A stretch of DNA of 54,015 nt, taken from positions 1 to 54,015 of the forward strand of contig JAXDML010000006.1 of NCBI GenBank assembly GCA_034666125.1, written 5' to 3'. The position numbers were made by a program, and so were the translations under genes. Of this stretch, positions 15,535 through 23,674 are shown in pieces (the stretch's first letter is position 1; every line of letters starts with the position of its first letter). Origin of the DNA: Candidatus Parcubacteria bacterium. GTDB lineage: Bacteria; Patescibacteriota; Minisyncoccia; Phycocordibacterales; Phycocordibacteraceae. The notes beneath the pieces were generated by a model. That model searched no databases. It saw only the letters and a program-made list of their open reading frames with translations, and had not been told where the DNA came from.

Positions 15535-17949
15535 ATGAGAAACGTTTCTCGAAAAACGGCCGCGAAAATCGTAACGTTATTCTTTGCGCTTCTTATCCTA
15601 GGCGCAGCGCCCCTGAACGTATTCGCCCAGGACAGGCCTGCCGCGCCTGCGCCCGCAGCGCCGGTCCCGCCGGCAGGTCAGCCTACTCCCGCGCCGACGA
15701 GCGGCAGCGTAGACGACGCGCGTTCGATCTCGGAACTGCCTCCCGAGATGATAACGAACTGCGGAGGCACTCCGGGCGCGCAGACCTATTCTCAAGAGGT
15801 CAGGGACTGCTTGGTCAGGACTATCGCTGCAAGAGGCTCGACGGGAGAGCGCATCTCGAACCTGGTAGGCGGCGTCGCGGGCGCCGTCGGCGGGATCATA
15901 AACTGTACGGTCCAACTACCGTCCTGCCTCTTGAGCATCGTTTCCTATGCCATCCTCCAGTTCGCGAACCTACTCCTTGCCCTCGCGGGCACGCTCTTCA
16001 ACTGGGTCATCATGAAGACCGTGTTCCAGTTCGCGACGTTCCTGGGGAATGCGCCGGGGCTCCTCGCCGCCTGGGGCATCCTGCGCGATATCGGCAACAT
16101 GATGCTCTTGTTCGGTTTCATATTCATAGGCTTATCCACGATACTCGACCTGCAGACATATGCGGCGAAGAAAGCCCTCCCCCGGCTCATCATCTTCGCC
16201 ATCCTCATGAACTTCAGCCTGTTCGCGGCCGAGGCGGTCATCGATACGTCGAACGTATTGAGCGTCGTCATGTACCGGCAAGCGAATACGGACCCCGATT
16301 GCGTCTACAACGCCGCCGCGACGGGTGCAGGGTCTTCGGAGACTGCCGTAGGGAATCTCCGGAGCAGCAACAACTGCTTCATCAACAACGGTATCGCCGG
16401 GCGCGTGATGCAGACGACCGGCGCGTCGGGCATCTTCCAGACGCCCAACGGCAGCTATACGTACGAGAACGCCGCCGTGATGCTCATGCTCGCCGCCTTC
16501 GCTACCATTGCCGCGATAGTGCTCTTCGCGGGAGCGATCATGCTCGTCATCCGTGCGGTCACCCTCTCCCTCCTCATGGTATCCGCCCCGCTCGGTTTCG
16601 CCGGAATGGCCATCCCGCCGCTTAAGAAGATGGGGGAAGACTGGTGGAACCGCCTGCTGCACCAATCGTTCTTCGCGCCGATCTACATCCTCCTTATCTT
16701 CGTGGGTCTCAAGATATCCGACGCATTCTCGGGCGGGAGCGGGGCAAGCCTTGCCGCCGCGCTCCAACAGCCCGATCCCTCGGTCATGGGGATTCTGCTC
16801 GTCTTCGCGCTTTCCATCGCCTTCTTCGTCGCCGCGCTCATGGCCGCGAAGAAGTTCGGCGCGGCGGGTGCTGGCTTCGCGGTCAAGACCGCGACCGGGA
16901 TCACGGCCGGAAGCTTCGCCTTCGCGGGAAGGCGCACGGTCGGCCGTGCTGCCGCTGCCGGCGCAGCGAAGGTGCGGAGCTCACGCTTCGGACAGACTGA
17001 GCTCGGGAGACTGACGGCGGGAGGTCTCGACCGGGGCGCCAAGGCGGGCTTCGATTTCAGGAATACCAAGGCCGCCGCAGCGGCCGGGAAGCAGGTCGGT
17101 GACCTGGGCAAGGGCCAGACGGGCGGCTATAAGAAGACCCTCGACGATGCGGCGAAAGCTCGGACCGACTACGCGAAGTCGCTCAGGCAGACCAAGAAGG
17201 ACAAGGAAAAGGAGGCCGAGCTCAACACGCAGAAGGAACTCGTCGAGAACTCGAAGGAAGCCGAGAACGAGGTGTGGGAGGGACAGAAGGAAGAGATGGA
17301 AAAAGGGATCCAGACAAAGACCGGGGAGAACCAGACCCGGCAACAGCAGCGGGACCAGGAGCGCGCGTCACAGCTTGCCAAAGTCGCGGCGGCAGCGGCA
17401 GCGAAAGCGGCGGCGCCGACCGGGGACCTGATCGCCGACTCTGCGGTACGACGCTCGCTCGAGCAGGCTGAAGCTGCGGAACAGAAGATCCTTGACGACC
17501 TCGTGGCACAGCACGCGGTCGACGCAGCGAAGGATCAGCAAGAGGTCGCGACTCTGCGGGGCGACCTCTCTACAAGGGAGAAGGAGCATAAGGAAAACAT
17601 CAAAGGATTCGACAACAAGATCAAGGAGATCGATCTCCAGATCAACGGCGGCGTCGACAAGAAGACCGGGGAAATAATCGTAGGCGTAGGCGCGAACTCG
17701 GCGAAGCAGCGCTACGCCACGAACCTCGGCAGTTCCAGGCGCCGTACGCTCTCCGCCGCCGGGAACGCGCGCCACAGCGCATATGCGGCGATCGTAAAGG
17801 ACCTTAAGAAGACGAAAGAGGAGCGCATCGGGGACGAGATAAAGGAAGCGATACAGGGCATGGGACACGACGTGCACGACATCGAGCAGAAAGCCGAGGA
17901 AGCGCTGGGACGCCCGGGAAGCGATACGAGGGAAGGCGAGCACGGATAA
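15535..17949 (+). CDS. VirB6/TrbL-like polytopic membrane protein with a long charged coiled-coil tail (804 aa)
   Basis: Signal/TM, a Pro-rich stretch, then at least 6 hydrophobic helices (residues ~120-470), then a ~330-aa K/E/Q/A-rich tail. Sits upstream of PrgI-like and VirB4 genes, as in prgH-prgI-prgJ order. Family call rests on architecture and synteny. Confidence 0.5.
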   Translation: MRNVSRKTAAKIVTLFFALLILGAAPLNVFAQDRPAAPAPAAPVPPAGQPTPAPTSGSVDDARSISELPPEMITNCGGTPGAQTYSQEVRDCLVRTIAARGSTGERISNLVGGVAGAVGGIINCTVQLPSCLLSIVSYAILQFANLLLALAGTLFNWVIMKTVFQFATFLGNAPGLLAAWGILRDIGNMMLLFGFIFIGLSTILDLQTYAAKKALPRLIIFAILMNFSLFAAEAVIDTSNVLSVVMYRQANTDPDCVYNAAATGAGSSETAVGNLRSSNNCFINNGIAGRVMQTTGASGIFQTPNGSYTYENAAVMLMLAAFATIAAIVLFAGAIMLVIRAVTLSLLMVSAPLGFAGMAIPPLKKMGEDWWNRLLHQSFFAPIYILLIFVGLKISDAFSGGSGASLAAALQQPDPSVMGILLVFALSIAFFVAALMAAKKFGAAGAGFAVKTATGITAGSFAFAGRRTVGRAAAAGAAKVRSSRFGQTELGRLTAGGLDRGAKAGFDFRNTKAAAAAGKQVGDLGKGQTGGYKKTLDDAAKARTDYAKSLRQTKKDKEKEAELNTQKELVENSKEAENEVWEGQKEEMEKGIQTKTGENQTRQQQRDQERASQLAKVAAAAAAKAAAPTGDLIADSAVRRSLEQAEAAEQKILDDLVAQHAVDAAKDQQEVATLRGDLSTREKEHKENIKGFDNKIKEIDLQINGGVDKKTGEIIVGVGANSAKQRYATNLGSSRRRTLSAAGNARHSAYAAIVKDLKKTKEERIGDEIKEAIQGMGHDVHDIEQKAEEALGRPGSDTREGEHG

Positions 17950-17980
17950 ACCTATCCGTTACATCAAGTAGAATATAAAA

Positions 17981-19072
17981 ATGGACGAGGACATTGATAC
18001 ATCTGGAATGACGATCAACGAACGGGTTGCCATCCTCATGGATGAGCTGCCGGTGCCCGTCCAAAACTTCCTGAGGGGTCCCGACAGAGACGCCGTTTCG
18101 CTTGCGCTTGCACGCAAGTACCAGCTCCATGCGGACACGGCGGGTATATTCGAGCGCGCATACATCTATATGCTGCTCGGCGTGTATACGCCGGACGAAT
18201 TCGTGGCCGAACTGCGGGAAGGCGGTATCGGCGAGGAGACGATCCGGGGCCTGACTGCCGACGTGAACGAACAGGTCTTCAAGCGGCTGCGGGAGGAGGA
18301 GCGCACGGGAGTTCCGGCGTCCGTCGTTCCACCCGCACGTCCGCAGGTGCCGGTGATGGAGGTGGGGAACAGGGAAGCAGGACCGCCGGCTAACTTGCCG
18401 GGCCAGGTCGCTCCGCCGCAGCCGATATATCAGCCGCCCTCACCGGTTGCAGCCCCTCTCCCCGCCCCCGCCGTTGCAATTCCGGTGCCGCTTCCGCCGC
18501 CCGTGCTTACTGCAGCGGTACTACCGCCCTCACCCGTTCCGCCGCCCGTTCCTATATATAGCGCTCCGCCCATCCCGACGCCTCCGATATATCAAGCCCC
18601 GCCGCAGCCCCTAAGCTACGCTCCTCCCGTATCTCCTGCTTATGCGCCCCCGGCGGCTCCTTCTTCGTACCAGCCCCCCGCACCACCGCCCGTTCCTATA
18701 TATAGCGCTCCGGTTCCGTATCCTCCGGTTCCGGTCGAGACCTACCGACCGGTGGCACGAACCATGGAGAGGGACATGGAGTTGGCCGAGCAGGGATTCC
18801 AGGGCCAGGAATCGTTCGTCCCTTCTTTCCAGTCTTCGCCGGCGGCTCAAGCAGCCCAGACCTACGCTCCGGCACTCGCGCCCGTGGTTCCGTTTCCGCA
18901 GCCAGCAGCAGCTCCGCCTTCCGCACCGATACCCGTTCCCGAACCGCAGGCATCAAGCTATCCGCCGCCCGTCATGGCATCCGTCCGCCTCACGCCCGTC
19001 GATCGCGGATATGCGGACGCGCCCATCACGAAGGAATTCGGTAGCGACCCGTACCGCGAACCAATAGAATAG
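17981..19072 (+). CDS. Proline-rich protein with a helical N-domain (363 aa)
   Basis: About 105 aa of structured N-terminus, then P/A/V/Y-rich repeats (PPVPIYSAP twice, PIYQ(A/P)P twice). The exact 27-nt DNA repeat lies inside. Confidence 0.55.
   Translation: MDEDIDTSGMTINERVAILMDELPVPVQNFLRGPDRDAVSLALARKYQLHADTAGIFERAYIYMLLGVYTPDEFVAELREGGIGEETIRGLTADVNEQVFKRLREEERTGVPASVVPPARPQVPVMEVGNREAGPPANLPGQVAPPQPIYQPPSPVAAPLPAPAVAIPVPLPPPVLTAAVLPPSPVPPPVPIYSAPPIPTPPIYQAPPQPLSYAPPVSPAYAPPAAPSSYQPPAPPPVPIYSAPVPYPPVPVETYRPVARTMERDMELAEQGFQGQESFVPSFQSSPAAQAAQTYAPALAPVVPFPQPAAAPPSAPIPVPEPQASSYPPPVMASVRLTPVDRGYADAPITKEFGSDPYREPIE
18542..18568 (+). repeat. 27-nt direct repeat copy 1 (CCGCCCGTTCCTATATATAGCGCTCCG)
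   Basis: Identical copy at 18686-18712. Both are in frame and encode PPVPIYSAP. Confidence 0.9.
18686..18712 (+). repeat. 27-nt direct repeat copy 2
   Basis: Exact match to 18542-18568. Confidence 0.9.
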
Positions 19073-19109
19073 CCGCGCGCAGGCGGACCTGCTGCTATAC
19101 TACGTATAT

Positions 19110-19520
19110 ATGGAGGAGTACCAGGTACCCCAGTTCATTGAGGTCGAAGACAAGATCTTCGGACCGCTTTCGCTTAAGCAGTTCGTGTATGTGGCCGGCG
19201 GCATCGGTCTGTGCGTCATCATCCTCCTCTCGCTTCCACTCTACGTCGGCATCCTCCTCGCCCTTCCCGTAGCGCTTCTTTCAGGCGGGCTCGCCTTCTA
19301 TAAGATAAACAACAAGAACCTGGTGGACATCATCGAGGCGGCGCTGACGTTCTATACGAAGAGCCGCCTCTACCTCTGGAAGAAGGAGGAGAAGCCCGAA
19401 GCGCCACAGGCGCCGGCGCCGGAAGCTCCCGTGCGCGAGAAGCTCGTCCTCACGCAGGGAAAGCTGCGCGAACTCGCCTGGTCCCTCGATATCAAGGACC
19501 GCCAGCCGGGCAACCCATAG
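19110..19520 (+). CDS. PrgI/VirB3-like small membrane protein
   Basis: VPQFIEVEDKIFGPLSLKQFVYVAGGIGLCVIILL plus a second TM helix. Size, topology and position directly upstream of VirB4 match Gram-positive-type VirB3 analogues. Confidence 0.55.
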   Translation: MEEYQVPQFIEVEDKIFGPLSLKQFVYVAGGIGLCVIILLSLPLYVGILLALPVALLSGGLAFYKINNKNLVDIIEAALTFYTKSRLYLWKKEEKPEAPQAPAPEAPVREKLVLTQGKLRELAWSLDIKDRQPGNP

Positions 19521-19524
19521 AACC

Positions 19525-20160
19525 ATGGCATCTTCACGCGCATCACAGTCGTTCGTACCCGTCGAGGAAGTCCGGAGCGGCGTCGTCATCCTGAAGAGCG
19601 GCGGCTACCGCGGCATCATGATGTGTTCTTCGATCAACTTCGCGCTCAAGTCGGACGACGAGCAGAAGGCCATCATCGGCGGCTTTCAGAACTTCCTCAA
19701 TACCATCGACTTCTCGGTCGAGATCGTGGTCCATTCGCGCAAGACCGATATCCGCCCGTACCTGAGCCTTCTCGAGGAACGCATGGGTGCGCAGACGAGC
19801 GAACTCATGCGCGTGCAGCTGCGCGAATATATCGGCTTCATCCGGAACTTCATCGAGGGCGCGGACATCATGACGAAGACCTTCTACATCGTCGTTCCCT
19901 ATGACGGCAAGGGAGGTTCCAAGGTCGCGAGCACCCTGTCCTTCCTCGGAGGAACGAAGAAGTCCGAGGGCGGAGGGACGGGAGACGTCTCTTTCGACGA
20001 AGGCCGCATCCAGCTCGAACAACGGATGGCGCTCGTTCAGGGAGGGCTCGCATCCTCGGGGCTGCGCGCGGTCCCGCTCGGCACCGAAGAGATCATCGAG
20101 CTCCTCTACCGATCCTTCAACGTCGGCGAGATGGAGAATCCTATACGCCTGACCCAGTAA
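19525..20160 (+). CDS. Stand-alone paralogue of the VirB4 N-terminal domain (211 aa)
   Basis: VPVEEVRSGVVILKSGGYRGIMMCSSINFALKSDDEQKAIIGGFQNFLNTIDFSVEIVVHSRKTDIRPYL follows the pattern of VirB4/TrsE-type N-domains. There is no P-loop. Its stop lies 1 nt before the VirB4 start. Confidence 0.5.
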   Translation: MASSRASQSFVPVEEVRSGVVILKSGGYRGIMMCSSINFALKSDDEQKAIIGGFQNFLNTIDFSVEIVVHSRKTDIRPYLSLLEERMGAQTSELMRVQLREYIGFIRNFIEGADIMTKTFYIVVPYDGKGGSKVASTLSFLGGTKKSEGGGTGDVSFDEGRIQLEQRMALVQGGLASSGLRAVPLGTEEIIELLYRSFNVGEMENPIRLTQ

Positions 20161-20161
20161 T

Positions 20162-21982
20162 ATGGCACTGCTTGATTTCTTGAACCGGGGGAAGAAGGAC
20201 GACGAGGTGAAGATCACCCCCGTCCTGCCGCGGGACATATATGCCGAAGGGAAGCTCGACCTGGCGGACACGATCGCGCCGGCCGCGCTCAAGGTCGCCT
20301 CGCGTGAGCTCGAGCTTGGCGAGCGGGTCGCGCGTTCCTTCTATACCATCTCGTATCCGCGCTTCCTTACCGACTCCTGGTTCACCCCCATCATCAACCT
20401 CGACCGGGTCTTCGATGTGGGCATCTTCGTGCACCCGCTCGAGACGAGCATCATGCTCCGGAACTTCCAGAAGAAGGTCGCGGAAGTGGAGAGCCAGATC
20501 ATGGAACGCGAGACCAAGGGCCTCGTGAACGACCCGATGCTCGATACGGCATACCAGGACCTGGAGCAGCTGCGGAACAACCTGCAGCAGGCGCAAGAGA
20601 AGCTGTTCGAGGTCGGTCTCTATCTCACCCTGTACGCGAACACGAAGGAGGAGCTCGACAAGGTCGAGGGGGAGGTGCGCGGCATCCTCGACTCAAAGCT
20701 CGTATACACGAAGCCGGCACTCTTCGAGCAAGAGCAGGGCTTCCGTTCGACGCTTCCGCTCGCGCTCGACGAGCTGAATGTGCACTCGAAGCTCAATTCG
20801 TCGCCGCTCTCGAGCATCTTCCCGTTCGTTTCCTTCGACCTCTCGAGCGACCGCGGCATCCTGTACGGCATCAACCGGCACAATTCGTCCCTCATCCTCT
20901 TCGACCGGTTCAGCCTCGAGAACTACAACTCCGTCGTCTTCGCGAAGTCCGGCTCCGGCAAGTCGTACGCCGTGAAGCTGGAGATCCTCCGATCCCTCAT
21001 GTTCGAGACGGACGTCATCGTCATCGACCCGGAGCGCGAGTACGAGTACCTCGCGGAGGCCACGGGTGGCCGCTCGTTCAACATTTCGCTCTCGAGCGAG
21101 CACCACATCAACCCCTTCGACCTCCCGCCCGTGAAGGAGGACGAGGACCCTTCCGATATCCTGCGCGCGAACATCATCAACCTCGTGGGGCTCTTCCGTA
21201 TCATGCTCGGCGGGCTCACTCCCGAGGAGGACGCCATCATCGACCGCGCCATCAGCGAGACGTACGCGCTCAAGGACATCACGGGCGACGCGGACTTCAC
21301 CGGCATGGAGCCGCCGCTCCTTTCGGACTTCGAGAACGTGCTCTCGGGTATGGAAGGGAGCGGATCGCTCGTCACCCGTCTCTCGAAGTACACGCGCGGT
21401 ACCTGGGCCGGGTTCCTCAATCGCCCGACGAACATAGACATCAAGAAGCAGTTCATCGTCTTCTCGGTGCGCGACATGGAGGACGAGCTGAAGCCGGTGG
21501 CGATGTACATCATTACGCACTACATCTGGAACGCCATCCGGCAGGAACTCAAGAAGCGCCTCCTCGTGATCGACGAGGCGTGGTGGATGATGAAATCCGA
21601 GGATACGGCGTCCTTCCTCTACTCGCTCGCCAAGCGCGGCCGCAAATACTATCTCGGGCTCGCGACCATCACCCAGGACGTGGAGGACTTCCTCAGTTCC
21701 CCCTATGGCCGCCCGATCCTTTCCAACTCCTCCATCCAGCTCCTCCTCAAACAGTCGCCGACCGTGATCGACGCGCTCAAAGAGACCTTCAACCTGACCG
21801 ACGAGGAGAAGTTCCTGTTGCTCGAGTCGGGAGTCGGGGAGGGGCTCTTCTTCGCGGGACTGAAACACGTCGCCATCAAGATCGTCGCCTCGTATACCGA
21901 AGATCAGATCATCACGTCCGACCCGTCGCAGCTCCTTGCCATCAAGAAAGAGAAGGACCGGCACGACGCCGAAGGGCAGTAG
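20162..21982 (+). CDS. virB4: VirB4/TrsE/PrgJ-type type IV secretion ATPase
   Basis: Walker A VVFAKSGSGKSYAVK, Walker B LLVIDEAWWMM and ATITQDVEDF. Full N-domain plus ATPase domain, 606 aa. Confidence 0.85.
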   Translation: MALLDFLNRGKKDDEVKITPVLPRDIYAEGKLDLADTIAPAALKVASRELELGERVARSFYTISYPRFLTDSWFTPIINLDRVFDVGIFVHPLETSIMLRNFQKKVAEVESQIMERETKGLVNDPMLDTAYQDLEQLRNNLQQAQEKLFEVGLYLTLYANTKEELDKVEGEVRGILDSKLVYTKPALFEQEQGFRSTLPLALDELNVHSKLNSSPLSSIFPFVSFDLSSDRGILYGINRHNSSLILFDRFSLENYNSVVFAKSGSGKSYAVKLEILRSLMFETDVIVIDPEREYEYLAEATGGRSFNISLSSEHHINPFDLPPVKEDEDPSDILRANIINLVGLFRIMLGGLTPEEDAIIDRAISETYALKDITGDADFTGMEPPLLSDFENVLSGMEGSGSLVTRLSKYTRGTWAGFLNRPTNIDIKKQFIVFSVRDMEDELKPVAMYIITHYIWNAIRQELKKRLLVIDEAWWMMKSEDTASFLYSLAKRGRKYYLGLATITQDVEDFLSSPYGRPILSNSSIQLLLKQSPTVIDALKETFNLTDEEKFLLLESGVGEGLFFAGLKHVAIKIVASYTEDQIITSDPSQLLAIKKEKDRHDAEGQ

Positions 21983-21988
21983 CGGAGT

Positions 21989-22621
21989 ATGGTAGTTCCG
22001 GTCGTCGTAGCGGGAGCCAGGGTCGCGGCGGGAGCGGCCGGGAGACGGGGCGCCGCTCGAGCGGGTCGCACGACGACCCGACAATCCGTAGGAAGGAGGG
22101 GTATGGCAGAGGTCGAGGAGGCGCCGCGACCCGGCCGATACCCCCGACCGCAGACACGTCAAGCTGAAGACCGGGGAACGGCAAAAGGCGCCGAGCGGAT
22201 CACGTGGGTCACCGCCGGCGCCATGCTCGCGGTGATACTGCCGTTGGAAGCGGTCCAGGTGTTCCTCACTCTTACCCTGGTCATGGCGCCCGCAAGCATG
22301 CTTCCCGGCTTCCTGGAGGTATGCATCTTCATGTATTGGTTCCATCACACAAAAGCCTTCGAGGGGTCTCACAGCCTTACGAAGTTCCTTATAGTGCTTA
22401 TGCTTTGCACCGAGATCATTCCTTTCTGGAACGCCGTTTTTTGGGGCATGGGAGCCGTCATGAGGATGATCTACCTCGTGCGCCGTGAAGACAGGAAGGC
22501 GCGGCATCGCCCGGGCGGGCAGCAGCTCGCGCGCAACCGTGTCCAACAGAATGCGCAATCACGGGCGACGAATAGCAGCCTGTCGGGAACCGGATACGTC
22601 AGGGACCCGGAATCCCGCTAA
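21989..22621 (+). CDS. Membrane protein with an Arg/Gly-rich cytoplasmic N-tail
   Basis: ATG lies 6 nt after the VirB4 stop. Three to four TM helices (AMLAVILPLEAVQVFLTLTLV, FLEVCIFMYWF, FLIVLMLCTEIIPFW). Confidence 0.5.
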   Translation: MVVPVVVAGARVAAGAAGRRGAARAGRTTTRQSVGRRGMAEVEEAPRPGRYPRPQTRQAEDRGTAKGAERITWVTAGAMLAVILPLEAVQVFLTLTLVMAPASMLPGFLEVCIFMYWFHHTKAFEGSHSLTKFLIVLMLCTEIIPFWNAVFWGMGAVMRMIYLVRREDRKARHRPGGQQLARNRVQQNAQSRATNSSLSGTGYVRDPESR

Positions 22622-22678
22622 GACATATGGCGATAAGAGCCTGAGAAATGCCCTGGTGGGGGTATACTGTATCCATAT

Positions 22679-23671
22679 ATGAAGCGTGCTTTCGCTACCT
22701 TGCTCCTTTTCATCGCCGGGCTCGGCATCATGCATTTCTCTCACGTCTCCCATGCCCAGATCGGGGGAGCTGAACCGCTCCAGCTCACCATGACTCCCAG
22801 TTATCCGCGGCCTTACCAGCAGGTCATCGTCATCCCGCAAAGTTCGGTTATCGACCTTACGTCGAGTACGGTGGTCGTGACCGTGGACGGCAGGGAGGTG
22901 AGCCGGGGAAGCGGCGCCGAGGCGGCGTATATCACCGTCGGCGGCCCCGGCACGGCGACGAACGTGGTCGTGAGAGCGACGTCAGGCGGGCAGACATATA
23001 CGAAAAGCCTCACGATACGGCCTGCCGATGTCGCGCTCGTGGTCGAGTCCGGCTCGACGAGCCACCCGTTCTATGAGGGAGGCTCTCTCATCGCTTCCGA
23101 GGGCGGCGTGCGGCTCGTGGCGATCCCCGATATCCGTACTTCCGCCGGGACAAGCGTCCCGGCCGCGAACCTCGTCTATACCTGGCGTAACGGCGACCAG
23201 ATACTCCAGAGTTCGTCAGGGATCGGAAAGTCGGTGCTATCTGCGGTAGCGCCCACGAAATGGCGCGACGCGGCCATCACCCTGACCGTTACGACCCAGG
23301 ACCGCAGTATCGTCGCCGAGGCGACGGCGAGTATCGCTCCGGCAGACCCGTACCTGCGCGTATACCGTAACGACCCGCTCCTCGGCCCCCTCTTCGGAAC
23401 GGCACTCCCTTCCGACATCCTTCTGAATGGCGATGAAGAGACATTCCGCGCCGTTCCGTATTTCTTCTCAAGGAAGCCGGCATTCACCTGGGAAGTGGAC
23501 GGTATCCCGAGCGACAGCGACGAGGACGTGACCGTCCGTGCATCGGGACTCGGGAGCGGCACCGCGAGCCTCGGAGTTTCCGCCGGGCTCGCCGATACCT
23601 TCGAGACGGCAACCGCCGGGATGTCGGTGACCTTCGGCGAGGGGCGTTCCCTTGGTATCTTTGGACTATAG
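22679..23671 (+). CDS. Secreted protein with about three tandem beta-sandwich-like modules
   Basis: Signal peptide MKRAFATLLLFIAGLGIMHFSHVSHAQ. Beta-rich sequence with ~95-aa periodicity (modules end in TIRPADV, SIAPADP, MSVTFG). Confidence 0.55.
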   Translation: MKRAFATLLLFIAGLGIMHFSHVSHAQIGGAEPLQLTMTPSYPRPYQQVIVIPQSSVIDLTSSTVVVTVDGREVSRGSGAEAAYITVGGPGTATNVVVRATSGGQTYTKSLTIRPADVALVVESGSTSHPFYEGGSLIASEGGVRLVAIPDIRTSAGTSVPAANLVYTWRNGDQILQSSSGIGKSVLSAVAPTKWRDAAITLTVTTQDRSIVAEATASIAPADPYLRVYRNDPLLGPLFGTALPSDILLNGDEETFRAVPYFFSRKPAFTWEVDGIPSDSDEDVTVRASGLGSGTASLGVSAGLADTFETATAGMSVTFGEGRSLGIFGL

Positions 23672-23674
23672 CGT

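Noticed and set aside
20693-22558. 621-aa minus-strand ORF opposite virB4. Similar long antisense ORFs occur at 6659-7666, 10474-11874, 14187-15251, 27664-28671, 30940-32814, 33828-35501, 40032-41990 and 43245-44780
   Set aside because: Each lies exactly opposite a gene with unambiguous conserved motifs (VirB4, PcrA, DnaA, GlmS, PBP1A, PilB, PolA). Their translations are Arg/Gly/Asp/Glu/Val-rich shadows.
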